Below, in pieces: positions 21,366-37,322 of a stretch of DNA of 64,000 nt (position 1 is its first letter; each line of letters starts with the position of its first letter). The notes below the pieces were generated by a model that saw only the letters and a list, made by a program, of their open reading frames with translations, made no database searches and was not told the origin of the DNA. The translations under genes were made by a program, and so were the position numbers. This stretch comes from the human T2T-CHM13v2.0 reference genome, Homo sapiens, in assembly GCF_009914755.1 (NCBI RefSeq), contig NC_060931.1; one strand, written 5' to 3'.

Positions 21366-23925
21366 CAGGCACAACTCAGAGATGTTGTGGGCTCAGTTCA
21401 CATTACCACAATAAAGCAAGTATCACAATATAGCAAATCACTGAAGTTTTTAGCTTCTCAGTTCATATAAAAGTTATGTTTACCCTATACAATAGTATAT
21501 TAAATGTACAATAGCATTATGTTTAAAAAATCAATGTGCATACCTTAATTAAAAAATACTTTACTGCTAAAAATGCTAACAATCATCTCAGCCTTCAACA
21601 AGCCATAATCTTTTTCCTGGTTGAGTGTCTTGCCTCTGTGTTGATGACTGCTGACTGATTATGGTTGTGGTTGCTGAAGGCCAAGGTGGCAGTGGCAATT
21701 TCTTAAAATAAGACAGCAATGAAGTTTGCCATATCGATTGGCTTTTCCTATCACAAAAGAGCATGAAATCTTGTTTTATAGCATTTGATCCACAGAATAA
21801 CTTTCAAAATTGGAGTCAGTCCTCTTAAACCCTGCTGTTTCTATATCAACTAAGTTTATGTAATATTCTAAATCATTTGTTGCCATTTCAACAATGTTCA
21901 CAATATCTTCAGCAGTTCTTTTGCTATTCCTATCCCATAATCGGTGACTTCCTCCATTGAATTCCTGACCCCCTCAAAGTCATCCATGAGGGATGGAATG
22001 AACTTCTTCCAAATTCTTGTTAATATTGACATGTTGACCTTCTTCTACAAATCATGAATGTTCTTAAAGACGTTTAGAATGGTGAATCATTTCTAGGTTT
22101 TCAGTTTACTTTGCAAAGATTCATATGAAGAATTACTATCTATAGCAGCAATAGCTTTACAAAATGTATTTCTTAAATAATCTGACTTGGAAGTCAAATG
22201 ATTTCTTGATCCTTGGGCCATAGAATGAATGTTGTGTTAGCACACATGAAAACAACATTAGTATTTTTGCATAACTCTATGACAGCTCTTGAGTGACCAG
22301 GTACACTGTCAAGGAGCAGTAATATTTTATTTTATTTTATTTATTTCCTTTGAGATGGAGTCTCACTCTGTCACCCTGGCTGGAGTGCAGTGGCACAATC
22401 GCGGCTCTCTGCAACTTCTACCTCCCCAGTTCCAGTGATTCTCCTGCCCCAGCCTCCTGAGTAGCTGGGATTACAGGCATCTGCCACCATGCCCAGCTAA
22501 TTTTTGTATTTTTGGTAGAGACAGGGTTATGCCCTGTTGGCCAGGCTCTTCTCTAACTCCTGACCTCAGGTGATCAACCCACTACAGCCTCCTAAAGTGC
22601 TGTGGTTACAGGTGTGAGCCGCAGTGCCTGGCCAGGGACCAGTCATATTTTGAAAGAAATATTTTTTCTAAGCAGTAAGTCTCAATATGGTCTTAAAAAG
22701 ATTCAGGAAACCATTCTGTAAACAGATGTACTGTCATCAGGACTTTGTAGTTTTGTTTATAGATTACAGGCAAAATAGGTTTAGCATAATTCTTAAGAGC
22801 CCTGGGATTTTTGAAATGGCAAATTAACATTGGTTTCAACTTAAATTCACCAGCTGCATTAGCCCTTAACAAGAGAGTCAGCCTATCCAGTAAATGCCAG
22901 GCATTTACTTCTCTTTAGCTATGAAAGTCCTAGATGGCATCGTCTTCCAATAGAAGGCTGTTTCATCTACATTGAAAATCTGTTGTTTAGTGTAGCCACC
23001 TTCATCAATTATCTTAGCTAGATCTTTTGGATAACTTGCTTCAGTTTCTCCATCAGCACTTGCTGCACCTTCCACATTTATGTTCTAGAGATGGCTTCCT
23101 TCTTTAATCCCCATAAATCAACCTGTGTAGCATCAATCTTTTCCTCTCAGCTCCCTCTTCTCTCTCAGCCTTCACAGAATTGAAGAGTTAGGGCCTTGTT
23201 CTGGATTAGACTTTGGCTTAAGGGAATGTTGTGGCTGGTTTGATCTTCTATCTATACCACTAAAACTTTCTCCATAACAGCAATAGGTTTGTTTTGCTTT
23301 CTTATTATTTGCGTGTATTTACTGGAGTAGTACTTCTAATTCTCTTAAATAATTTTTTCTTTGCATTCACAACTTGGCTAACTGGTGCAAGAGGCTAAGT
23401 TTTTGACCTGTCTCAACTTTCAATGTTCTTTCCTCACTAAGCTTAATCATTTATAGCTTGTGATTAAAAGTAAGAGACATCTAACCATTTCTTTCACTTG
23501 AACAATTAAGGACCATGGCAGAGCTATTAATTGGCCTAATTTCAATATTCTTGTGTCTGAGGACATAGAAAGGCCTGAGGAGCAGGAGAGAAATGGGGGA
23601 GTGGCCATTTGGTAGAGCACTCGGAAAACACACATTCATTGATTTAGTTCATTGTCATGGTGCACTCAAACAATTACAAAAGTAACATCAAAGGTCACTG
23701 ATCACAGATCACCATAATAGGTATAATAATAATAAAAATATTGTAAATAATATGAGAATTATCAAAATCTGACACAGAGACATGAAGTGAGCACATCCTG
23801 TTACAAAAAAAAATGGCCCCAATAGACTTGCTTGATACAGAGTTTCCACAAACCTTCAATTGGTTAAAAACTGCAGTATCTGTGAAACACAATTAAGTTA
23901 AACAGTATAAAATGAGATATTCCTG
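21366..23925 (-). mobile_element. Near full-length Tigger1 (TcMar) DNA transposon, transposase decayed
   Basis: Termini caggcacaactcagagat... and ...aatgagatattcctg resemble CAGGCATACCTCG TIRs; TA on both sides (21364-21365, 23926-23927); ~2.25 kb after removing the Alu. Confidence 0.9.
22329..22633 (-). mobile_element. AluS (Sx-like) inserted in Tigger1
   Basis: (TTTTA)n tail; degenerate TSD ggagcagtaatatttt / ggaccagtcatatttt. Confidence 0.93.
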
Positions 23926-24074
23926 TATTAAGTTACTAAGTGGAGGTGTTTTAAAAGATACGAGAGACAGAAGAAAAAATCTATGCCTTGTCTTCTTGTC
24001 CACAGGGATCTCAATTTAGCTGAAAACAGAGACATATATGCCTTTAAAAAATAAAAATTAAAAAAGCTCATCTT

Positions 24075-24300
24075 GCATGTTTTGTGCATTCTGTTTCTAC
24101 CTGGAACACTCTCTTTATCCCCTTGCCTGACTCTTCCTAGCTGACTCCTTTCCTTTAAGATTCTAACTAAAGCCTGCATTTTCAAGGAGGACTTTCCTGT
24201 TCCCAGGAGACTTACCTTGGAATTTCCTTATCAATCATTTAGCAGCATTCTGCACTTTCCCTTTTATTATCACCCTTTACAGCAGTGAGTTGCTTTTTGT
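24075..24300 (+). mobile_element. L2 fragment
   Basis: ctacctggaacactctc...ttcctttaagattc...gggaggactttcctg resembles the L2 3' region. Confidence 0.5.
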
Positions 24301-25951
24301 CTCCTTTTTTGTCTACTTCTGAATTGAGAAGAAGCCCAATAAATTGAGAAGAAGTGTCAAATCAATAAAAACCTTTGAAGAGTAATTTTAAAAGTTAAAA
24401 ACTAAATGCCATTGACAGTTTAAGAAGGAAAATGGGGACTTTAGGCAGCAGAAAAAAAATTCATATAGAAAGTTAGGGTCTGATATTTTTATTGGTAATA
24501 AAAATGAAGATGAAAGGTGGAATTATGCATGGTGATAAAAACTGATTGAAAGTGTGGATTCACACTTAAGGAAAAGTAAAAATTGCCATTCATTTCTGGC
24601 CTGTGAGTCACATCTAGAATCAGCCTTGACCTGGTTGACACATTACATTCTGCACATACCTAACAGCTCTAATTAATGTGTGTGCAGATCATCAAATGAG
24701 TTGGCATTAGTAGAAAAGAACAAAACAGTTTTTTTTTTTTAATGTGAAGGATAATGGTTGAGCCAGCTTTCTGTTTTATTACTGCCAAATGGCTTGATCA
24801 TGGAAGCAGTGCGCATAAAAATGTCAAAGGATTATGGAAAAAGCTATTCCTTCAGTTTTTAAATGGACATAAGATACTTATGGACTTGATAACAGGAGCT
24901 ATTTTTTGTTGAATTTTCAACCAATTTTATAAAGCTTTCCTCTTAAGGAAAGTTATTGGTCTCAGAACTTTTAAAATTGAAAGAAATCATCCCAGGTTGC
25001 TGAATATGACTTTCTTTTTTTAGTTTCCTCATTCAGTAGAACATATTCTTTCCCTGATATATTGTTTCAATAGAAATTTGTATTGTTTTCATTTATCAGG
25101 GAAGTATGAAAGAACTGATTATGCTGAACAGATGGCAATGCCCATTACAGAATAAGGGCCAGAACAATTTCATGCAAGTTCATATCTTTGCAATGACATT
25201 ACCAGTGATTACTGAAATATAATTTTAAATTTATCCAATCATTCTGTAAGATGTACAAAATTTCTCACTTATATTTTAAATTGCTAATTATTTTGCACAT
25301 TTTTATTATCTGTTATTAGACAGAAAATCCAGAAGGATGATTGTTTTCTAATATAAGTGCAATATTGCTTAGTTATTTGAATCTTAAAATGAGTGAACAT
25401 GAGACTGTTGTAAGTCTCAACAAAGACATATAAATAAAAGGGTAATTTATTCATTTATTTATGAATAAATTGGATTTTTTAGTGATGATCTTCATCTAAT
25501 AAACATAGATCCTCAAATTCATATCAATCATTGCTCATTGTTAACATCTAAATTGGGGGATTCATAATTATTTTTCTAAGGTCTAGGTAAAAAGATTGTA
25601 GGGTCTGTTAATAATTTATTTCATCACGGGTTCTGCATGGTATTCTTTTCCTAAGCCAAGACTGAAGAAGATGGAAGAAACAGCTGCAGTTTTAATACTG
25701 TATTTCTACTACTTTCAAAAGGTAACAAAGGCCTATTTGTTAGATAAAAGCTGAGATGTTGGCACTTCCAGTCATACTATCAGTCAATGTGCCTATTTAA
25801 CAACTTTCTCCATGGCCAGATAGTTTGTTAAAATGAAACTATGATTAATCTTTTTCTCTTTTTTATTAATAGGTAAACATCTTAGAAGAGTACACTTCAT
25901 TCTTTAGTCCAGCACCACATAGCTTTGGTCCCTTCCATGGTTCCAAATTAG

Positions 25952-26248
<297 letters not shown>

Positions 26249-26359
26249 CCAAATTAGTTTTTACTGTGATCATTAATGACCAAAAATCCAAAGGTAATTT
26301 CCCATCCAGTGGCGTAAAACTTTATCTCATGTACTTCTGTGACTTGAATTATCAATTAT

Positions 26360-26640
26360 AGTCTAACAGCTCGCTCCCAGATCTATAACTCCAGACCAGA
26401 TATTCCACCTGAGGTTCTGATTCATATGTCCAAATGCCTATCGGGCAACTCAATTTGGATCCCTATAGAAAATGTAAGCCCCACAAGTCCAAAACCACTT
26501 AGTTCCTTTATCTGTAAAATTGGAAGGTAAAAGTTCCTAATTCATAGAGACAGTAGTGAGAATTAAATAACAATCCCTACCATATATAAAGCAGTCAGTA
26601 ATATTAGTTATTATTATTATTATTGTTATCAGTGTCCATA
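26360..26640 (+). mobile_element. L2 fragment followed by MIR core
   Basis: ctcccagatctataactccagaccag...tccaaatgcct (L2-like); ttccttatctgtaaaattgg...gtgagaattaaataa (MIR core). Confidence 0.6.
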
Positions 26641-29322
26641 TTATTATTCCTAGTTGATGACTTGATTCCAATTCATACCTCGTCCCTTGGACATCTCATT
26701 TTCTCAGTGGGTTCTCTTCAGTCTCCTTGCTCTTAATCCTCCAGGCTAAGCAGTGTCTTAAATGTGAAGTCTTTAAATCATATTCTAAGCCAGTATGATA
26801 TAATCAATATTAAAACAGCATCTCTGACAAGGCAGTCACTTCAAAATTGCTAACAGTTTTATGGATTATCCTGAGAAGAATGACTTATACAATTAGTTTA
26901 TGACTCAACACTCAAAAAGATGCAATATCTATACAAACTTTTCAGTCTCTTCTCTTTGAAAAATTAGCCACATCATATTCTATTTAAAAGTTTAGCATCC
27001 TGTAAGTCTCTGGGTAACTTTACATTTTATATTTCTTTAATCTGTTCTCATTTTTTTGTTTATTATTTGTCTAAAATGTTAATTTCATTACATGTTGGAT
27101 AACCAGGTTAACTATGATGGGAAAGTAGATCAAAAGTATTTTGGGGGTAATGAAGAATGAACAGGTAATTTTAGGTTTGTGTTACCAGAAAAAGAGAAAT
27201 GATAGAAAAGTGGATATAACAACAAAAGTCATTCATTTTCAGGAGGTCTGGTAACCCAGAATCCTTGTTTACAAAATATCTGTTTTGACTGTGAGGTACA
27301 GAATTATCACATTTATACATCATCTGTGTCCCTTAAAAATATAAACTATATTCATAACTAAATTTTAAAAGTATTCCCTGTTTTAAAACAAGTAAATAAA
27401 TAGACCAATGGACGGTTCATATCTTTATTTTGTTACTTGATTCCCAGTCTTACAATAGCTCTTCTCAGATTATTCTCAACTTTACAAGATAATTTGGAGT
27501 TACTGCTTTTCAAAATCCTTTGGTAATTGCTTGTGCCTAAATCATGCCACCTTATTCCATGGGATCCATTAATATTTGGGTAACTAGACAAGGGTATTTA
27601 GCAATCCAGGGATGCAGATGCTGTGAAATGGGTTTTCACAGATACGGAGCTGCAGCTTAACGTTATCTTCAGAGAGACAGAAAGCGGAGTCTAGAGAGAA
27701 AGCATAGTAATTTAAAACAACTGACATCCCATAGCCCTCCTTAGAAAAGTCATATCCGTTTGGACACATGCCAGAATTCCCTCTGAATTGCTTTTCATAA
27801 AGCCCTCAGATTCCTAGTTCTTAATAAGCTCTGTTCACTAGTTATCATAGATATATAATTTTTCCATAACCCTGCTGTCTTTCCTGCAGATTACTCGAGC
27901 ATATGCTGATTTTGGCTCTGTTACAAACAAAATAAAATCCTTTATTCCTTGAGCTCAAACCCTCCAATATATAATTATTCTTTTAGAACAGTATGTTCAC
28001 TTTATGTACTTGTCTAGTTACAAAGTTACTTAGTTTCCTAAGCCATTCGCAAAATTTCTGGCTCTATAGCCATAATAAATTGTGAAACAATACTAGAGGG
28101 GCAAAAATATTTATAGGAATAATCTTTCAAAAGAAAAAATCTTGAGTGTGATGGTTCTTTGTACATTCTCTTAAGTAAATCATCAGAGCCCGCTTATTTT
28201 TCTTTTATTCTTGTTGAAATTCAGGCATGGAGATAACACTGAAATTCTGGCCAAATCAGCTGTTGCTGAAATTTATAGAACAGATTTGGAGTTACCAATT
28301 TAAACTTCATAGTTGGCTGAGAATCCAGCTGTGTTGGCTCAGTCAGAGAATGCAATGGAAGGTTGGACTGAAATCATCTGATACCATCCACGAAGGGGGT
28401 CTAGAGACTGGGAGGGAGGAGGGAATACGCAAATTAAAACAAAACAAAACAACAAGCCTCAAGAGAGAATAGTTCCTTTGCTGATAGTAATGGTAATTTT
28501 TTCACATTAGAAAGTCTCATCATTGACATGAAAGGAAGGGAATTTTAGCTTTAACTGTAGAAATAACTAATTTGGTCTTCTATTTATGTGGTTTGGGGAA
28601 AGTAACAGAGTACCCTAACCCCCATATCCCAGGGCTGAGGGAAGCTGGCTGCTTTACACAGCGAGCCAAATGGCCAATTACATGAGTGTGAAAAGGCACC
28701 ACGCCAAATGCAAACACATTTTCTGTGGTGGCTATTTTTAACTCTGTGCTATATCTTTTGACCTATTTCTACTTGATCCATTATCTTAAATATTCACATT
28801 CTTAAGGATGATACATCTGAATACTATGCAAATATTTTCTTCGTTTCCAAGTTGGATAAAAGAAGACAAGATTCTGACCCTGAAATAAAGGCTAAGCCTC
28901 TTGGCAAGCTCAGACGTGGTTTGTCAAGTTCACGTTTCCTGCCTTGCTAGCAGTGCCTGTTCAGTTTCTTGACTAGAGAAGTCTGGTCCTACTTCACATG
29001 TGCCGAGGTTCTAGGTGGCACTTCTTAACCACCATTCACAGTGAAATAGACCTTTAAAGGGAAATCGTCTTCTCCTCTTTCTTTACAAAATCATAAATGG
29101 GTTCTAGGAATGCCTGATCCTCTGGTTCCTGCAATCCCCAAATTCCTAAAAGAATCTCGATTCTTAGTGTGTACACACATACATGCACACAGAAGTTCAC
29201 ACACAGTGCACAGGGGTATGGTGGAGCTGATTTAAAGGTTATGGGTAGAGAAGTGGTTACTCCCTCAAGAGGGAAATTACTGTGCCTGGCTAGAAAGCCG
29301 AGGCGTAATCACATGCTGGGTT

Positions 29323-29336
29323 CCGCCCCCTGGTGC
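29323..29336 (-). promoter_or_regulatory. Candidate CTCF site
   Basis: ccgccccctggtgc = GCACCAGGGGGCGG, a close match to the CTCF core CCASYAGRKGGCRS, in non-repeat sequence. Confidence 0.55.
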
Positions 29337-30086
29337 TTCTACTGAGTATCCCTCATTTTCTATCCTAAGACCAGAAGAGGAAATGGTAAGGGGCCGAGGT
29401 AGTCAACAGGACAGGAGAGAGGGTTTGCAGACCTTTAAAATCCAGCGCTACAACACTTCTTTGGGTAGCTATCCAGCGACCCAAAATATTTTTCCCCAAG
29501 GTAGTGCATAAGCCTCATTTGACTTTGGTACTTGGGTTGAACTTTGAGTTGAGTTGAACTTTGCTGCCATGTTCACTATAAAATGTATACTAATGGGGTA
29601 GTTATGTTTGAGAGTTACCAGCCTTTACCTGTCTGTAACTTGCTACAGGCTTCCATGGAGTAAGAAACATTCCTACTGTTATGGTCATTTATTAAATATA
29701 TTTGCAGAAAAAGGTTTTTACCTTTTCAAAGCACTTTAACATTTGTTATCTTATTTAAACTTTGCAAACCTTTGAAGCAGTTGGGGTAGGAATGAGAATT
29801 TCCACTTTGAAAGTAAGTAAATTGAAAGAAAGTCGACCCTGAGGATAGGCCCCACAATCTAAGGCACTGGCTAAATATTCAGGGAAAGGTGTTCACACTG
29901 GGGTAGAGACATCAGCAGGCAAGCTTAAAATTGAGTAGAAGAGAATGCCAAACGAAACCAATTAAAGATGTTTTTTGGGTCCAAGTGAATTGCATGATGT
30001 TGAGAAGAGTGGAAACTTAAAAGGTCAAAATCAAGGTAAATAAAGGAAGAAAGTAGAGTGTGATACACTACACTGTCTTCTGTTTC

Positions 30087-30307
30087 CTTGGCTTTCAACC
30101 TGGGGTGATTTTTACCGCCAGCAGACCCTTGGCAATATCTGGAGATATTTCTGGTTATCAAAACTTGGTGGGGTGGGGAGTACTGTTGGCATCTATCAGT
30201 TAGAAGCCAAGAATGCTGCTAAACCTTCTACAATGTGTAGGACAGCCCTCCTACAAGAAAGAATTATCTAGCCCAAATTGTCAATAGTACTGAGATTGAG
30301 AACCCTG
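30087..30307. mobile_element. MER20 (hAT-Charlie) element
   Basis: tttcaacctggggtgattt...tggcaatatctggagatattt...gctgctaaac...gtcaatagtactgagattgagaaccctg. Confidence 0.85.
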
Positions 30308-30883
30308 ATCTATAATATTTAGAGTAGTTATCTGGTGAATGGTAAGTCACCTTGATTTAAAGCGAGAAACCTAGAATGTCTGACATAAATTCTACCACTC
30401 TTGGATACCCTCTGATTTGTTTCCTTAGGAGGTAGATCAGGCTGTAATAGGTTGGATGGAGTGAAAGGGTTAAAGAGAACCACATACCATTTGTCTGCTC
30501 TGTGTTCACTCTGTATGAAAATAAGCTATCTAGATATGGCTTTCTCTTTATTTTACATGCTAAAGAATACTGTTTTATAAAAAATTTATGTATTTTTATT
30601 AAAATATAGAGTGGAGTTATTTGAGATATACTTGTTGGCCCCTTTATTTGGAAGGGTTATATTTTTAAAATTATATTGTGTCAAATTGCAAAAACGAACT
30701 ACTTTTGTAGAGGGGATGCTAAATAAATATTCACTTCTGTATTTCCTTTTTCATTTGCTCACTAAAAGCATGTACATCCAGAGATTCAAGTGAGCACTGG
30801 CTGTAGAGAAAGCAAGCAAAGTATAATTAAGTGGGAATCTATGGCTTTACTGACTGCCTCTACTGAAAGCAATTGTGTCCGGC

Positions 30884-30912
<29 letters not shown>
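30884..30912. repeat. Poly(T) tract
   Basis: Uninterrupted T run with no associated retroelement body seen. Confidence 0.9.
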
Positions 30913-30914
<2 letters not shown>

Positions 30915-31375
30915 CTAATACTCATTTGCAAGGTAGCTTTCTGCCAACAGCATCTTTCCAATGCTGGAAAATTGGACTTCTGCTTTGAGCACATTTAAAA
31001 AGAGACGTTTTGTATTTTCTTTTTGTTTTATTTAGATGTGCTAAACATACATAACTGCAAAAAATGGGACAATGAAATTAGGAAACATAGGTTTACTTAT
31101 TACTTACTAGAAAACGCCCACCCCAAGGTTAGTTAAGGCAGGCAATCACTTGCCCGCTATGATCTAGACTTGTGATACTCAGTTTGATAGTCAAGTGTGG
31201 AGCTACTTAAGTTAAAATTTAAAAAATTAAAATTAACTAGAAACTTGACTCCTCGGTGGCACCTGCCGCATTTCAAATGTTAAAATAGTGGGTAGTAACC
31301 ATCATAATGGGCAGTGCAGATAGAGAATATTTCATTATCACGCAACGTTCCACTGGACAAGGTTTCTTCAGTTGA

Positions 31376-31748
<373 letters not shown>

Positions 31749-31839
31749 GAGCTTTTCTTTGAGCATGCAAAATGCTCCCGCACAGCCACTTGAAGTCTCT
31801 ACCTAGGAGGCAATAACTATAAAGGCCTCATGATATTTT

Positions 31840-33830
<1,991 letters not shown>

Positions 33831-34716
33831 AAGAAAAAAGAGGAGAACACCAATGGCTTTGAGGCTACCCAAATCCAGAAGGCCTTGACTCAGGAGCTGT
33901 TGAAAATACTAAAATAATTTACAATACTAAAGTGAGCTATACTTCAAAGCATACTAAGAGTTCATAAGGGAAAGATAAGGTCAACTCCCCTTAATGCTCA
34001 AAGACAATCATCTCTAAATTGAAAGTTAATGGCCTGTTTGCATCTTCTCTTTCTACCTGCCTTCCTACCATTTCCTGTTGTGTGTTGGACTGGGCATACA
34101 GCTAAAGGAGACTGATAAAGATAGTGCTTGATGGTGCAAGCTTGATGTGTTGAGCTTGGCTTGAGATGATGCATTAGCTCGCCAGTATTGATGTTCTGCT
34201 TCATGACTAGGACTCTGTAAGATGCACTGGCTTCCTTATATTATAAAAGGCTGCCAAGATGAGAACTAATGATGAACATTTTAGGAACTATAACACCCAG
34301 AACTTATATATCATAGAACTGGTAATAAAATAATTTATAATATTATTGGCCCAGGGGTAGCCAAAGATCAGAAAATATTAATTCACTATTTCATCTGTTT
34401 CAAAAAAATACTTAAAAGATGCTAAGCAATTATTATTTAGGATAATTCAGCTTTATGATAACACCACATCTGCTGATTTCAGAGATGGTGCACCAAATAT
34501 TTCCCTTAGCTACCTACCATCAGTTCACATAGATAAATATAGAGGCATTTCTTCATAAGGAATGTCCCAAGAGAAGATTCACGTACCTATTTATGGCTTC
34601 TATTTTATTGGCTCATATGTATAATGATAGTTATTCTACTGTTCAGTTTGACGTTTCATGAAAACTTTCCCTTAATAAAATCACTCCTTTTTAAAAAAAC
34701 TTCTATTATCTTTCTT

Positions 34717-34722
34717 TCTTCC

Positions 34723-34753
<31 letters not shown>

Positions 34754-35009
34754 GAGTGCAGTGGCACGATCTTGGCTCACTGCAACGATCTCCGTCTGCC
34801 TCCTGGGTTCAAACGATTCTCCTTCCTCAGCCTCCTGAGTAGCTGGGATTACAGGTGTGAGCCACCACGCCCGGCTAATTTTTGTATTTTTAGTAGAGAC
34901 AGGGTTTCACCATATTGGCCAGGCTGGTCTCGAACTCCTGACCTTGTGATCCGCCCGCCTCAGCCTCCCAAAGTGCTGGGATTACACGTGTGAGCCACCA
35001 TGCCCGACC
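34717..35009 (-). mobile_element. AluS (Sg-like) lacking the last ~27 nt of the body before the tail
   Basis: Poly(T) joins directly to gctggagtgcagtgg; TSD atctttctt (34708-34716, 35010-35018). Confidence 0.9.
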
Positions 35010-35299
35010 ATCTTTCTTATTTTCTTTACCAGTATGAAAGTTACTGTCACATAATGTTATTAATGTATTGGATCATAGGTATGACACATGTTTATTATTA
35101 ATCTTAATTAACATACAGCAAAGTGTTTTGTAACTTAGTGCTCAATAAATATTTATTAGCTTGAATAGATATATTATTAATGCTTCCAGAAAAAAATTCA
35201 ACCCAAAGAGAGGTGCTAACTTGTCCACATTAAGCTAAATAGTCCCATCTATAAGCTACTCTCTAATTATGTTGTTTTGGATAGGATGCTATTTGAATT

Positions 35300-35460
35300 T
35301 GTCCTCGCAACATTTATATGAATTAGGTATTATTAGGACTGTATGCTATCAATGAGGAAATGCATATTTAGAATTTTGGAACTTGCTAAAGATCACACAA
35401 GCAGTATGTGGCAGTGATGAAATTTACACTTGGATCTGACTGATTCCAAGTTCCACACTG
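35300..35460 (-). mobile_element. MIR fragment
   Basis: atgaggaaa...aacttgctaaagatcacacaagcagtatgtggcag...gatctgactgattccaag. Confidence 0.65.
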
Positions 35461-36256
35461 GCTATAATGTTTAGGTTAGCTTGAAGTAGAAGATGCTGTT
35501 TGGCTATTACATATTCTATTTCATAGAATAAGCCAAAGCGCTTGGTCGCTTACAGGTTTACTAGAGGCAAGTAGGAACATTTTACAGGGAGAGGAGACAG
35601 GGAATCTAAAACAAAGCAATTGCCATTACTCTACCTTAAATAATATCCTTTGGTTTCAGCACTTAATTGAAACTACTGTACCAAAGAACAATGACTATCT
35701 AATTTCCATTCCGATATACATTTCCCCTCCTTTTTGAATTTGGTCTTTAATTAGCATTTAATACCATGTACCATTTCTGTTATATGCCTAATATTAACTA
35801 ATGGGGACTACCATTTAAGTAGAATTTGGATTTTTCTGAAAGGCTGGAGATTTTAAATGAGGTTTTTCCTCTTTTTGTAATCTCTCTTTTTTTTAATTCT
35901 TGAATGCAACTTTTATTCTTTTTATTTACTTAAGATAAATCTCCAGAAGCTAATGTTTGGGTTACAAACATGATTTTTTTAAAATCGATCTTGAAATTAC
36001 TTGCCAAATCACTTCTCAAAAGAAGAAAAAGTAGTGACAATATACAAGTATATATATTACAGCTTTCACTATAATCTTCTTGTGAGATTTCATAATTTAA
36101 AGATATTTTTCAAACCCCAAAGATTACATCACAATTTAACTTTTTATGAGATCTGGTTTTCTCAAAATAGAACAATGTAAAGACCTGTATCTATATTTGC
36201 ATCTTTTTGTTTTCCCAGAAATAATTATAATACATCTTTCCCTCATTCTGTTTCCG

Positions 36257-36283
36257 TCATGTATCATGTATCATGTATCATGT
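36257..36283. repeat. (TCATGTA)n short tandem repeat
   Basis: gtcatgtatcatgtatcatgtatcatgt. Confidence 0.85.
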
Positions 36284-36727
36284 TTAGTGGTACTTAGGTT
36301 TTTCTATGTAATATGAAACATTATAGGTAAGTTAAAGCCTGCAAAGCACAATGTTAAATTTTAATTTTGATGATCCATTGGTTCTTGGAAGTATGTAATG
36401 GTTGGAAAAAGTTAAGGATGCAACTTCATTTTTGAAACAATATGGGATGTGAGAAAGCAAATATGATTCACAAAGGAAAACACCAAAAGACAAGAAGTGA
36501 AAGTGTATTGTTATGAAAAGATGTTATTGTTATAAAAGATGAAATTAGGAAAGCATAGAGTTATTCTAATATAGGAAAACTCTTCTTTAAAAGCTTTGTG
36601 AAAACACTGTTTTTGAGTCTCAGCTTGTTTCCATAGTATCCCAGGTAAAAATACACTTTTCCTTCATTATTCATTGCCTTTGCACCAGCTGTTCCCTTCA
36701 TCTAGATTCTTCTCTGTTATTCCAGTG

Positions 36728-36922
36728 CAGGGGTTCTTAATCTCAGCACTGTTGATACATTTGACAATTTGCACAGTTGTTTTTGCTGGAGGGGTGTGGG
36801 GAGATGTCCTGTTCACTGTAGATTGTTTAGTAGCATTGCTGTTTTAAAAATACTGGAAACAGTAATACAAACCTCCTACTACCACTACTGAGTCATCTTG
36901 TACCCTCTTTGAGAACAGTTAC
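36728..36922. mobile_element. MER20-like element, opposite orientation to the copy at 30087
   Basis: caggggttcttaatctcagcactgttga...gtcctgttcactgtagattgtttagtagcat...ttgagaac. Confidence 0.7.
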
Positions 36923-37109
36923 TCTAGTGAAACTTATAAATGAAACATAGCTGTAGTGGAAAAAAAAATTCAGAGATCACCTCAGAAAAGACTTTGAAAT
37001 ACCTAAGCCCTCCCTTCCAACAGATCTGATCATTTTTTTTGTGCTTCTGTCATATGTTAAAGCAACCTCTTTTATAAAAATTACTATACTGTTTGTCTTC
37101 ATGGAACAA

Positions 37110-37322
37110 ATATTTGTTCAATGCTTGAGCTAGCTAGCTCTGGTGAATCTAGTGTTCTGGTGTGTATTTCTTTCCAAAAAGAAATACAATGTTTCATAAT
37201 ATAATGTCATCCTGAAATCAACCATGGGGGTAGTATTAATGCCGTGGAAATTGGAAAATGCTGCAAATCGGGTTTTTGTTTTCCTTAGAGAGCTAATTAT
37301 TAAACATTTAATAATACCCCTC
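37110..37322. mobile_element. MER63-like hAT fragment
   Basis: ggaaattggaaaatgctgcaaatc...gagagctaattattaaacattt resembles the MER63 terminus. Confidence 0.5.

Noticed and set aside
21366-23925. Domesticated Tigger transposase gene
   Set aside because: Interrupted by an Alu and no long ORF remains.
24321-24353. Short direct repeats (aattgagaagaag x2; also gttgaactttg x2 near 29537-29563) as CRISPR-like or functional arrays
   Set aside because: Only two copies each; ordinary slippage micro-duplications in eukaryotic DNA.
27584-27769. 61-aa ORF in a block with some retained CpGs
   Set aside because: No recognisable protein similarity or exon boundaries; cannot be supported without a search.
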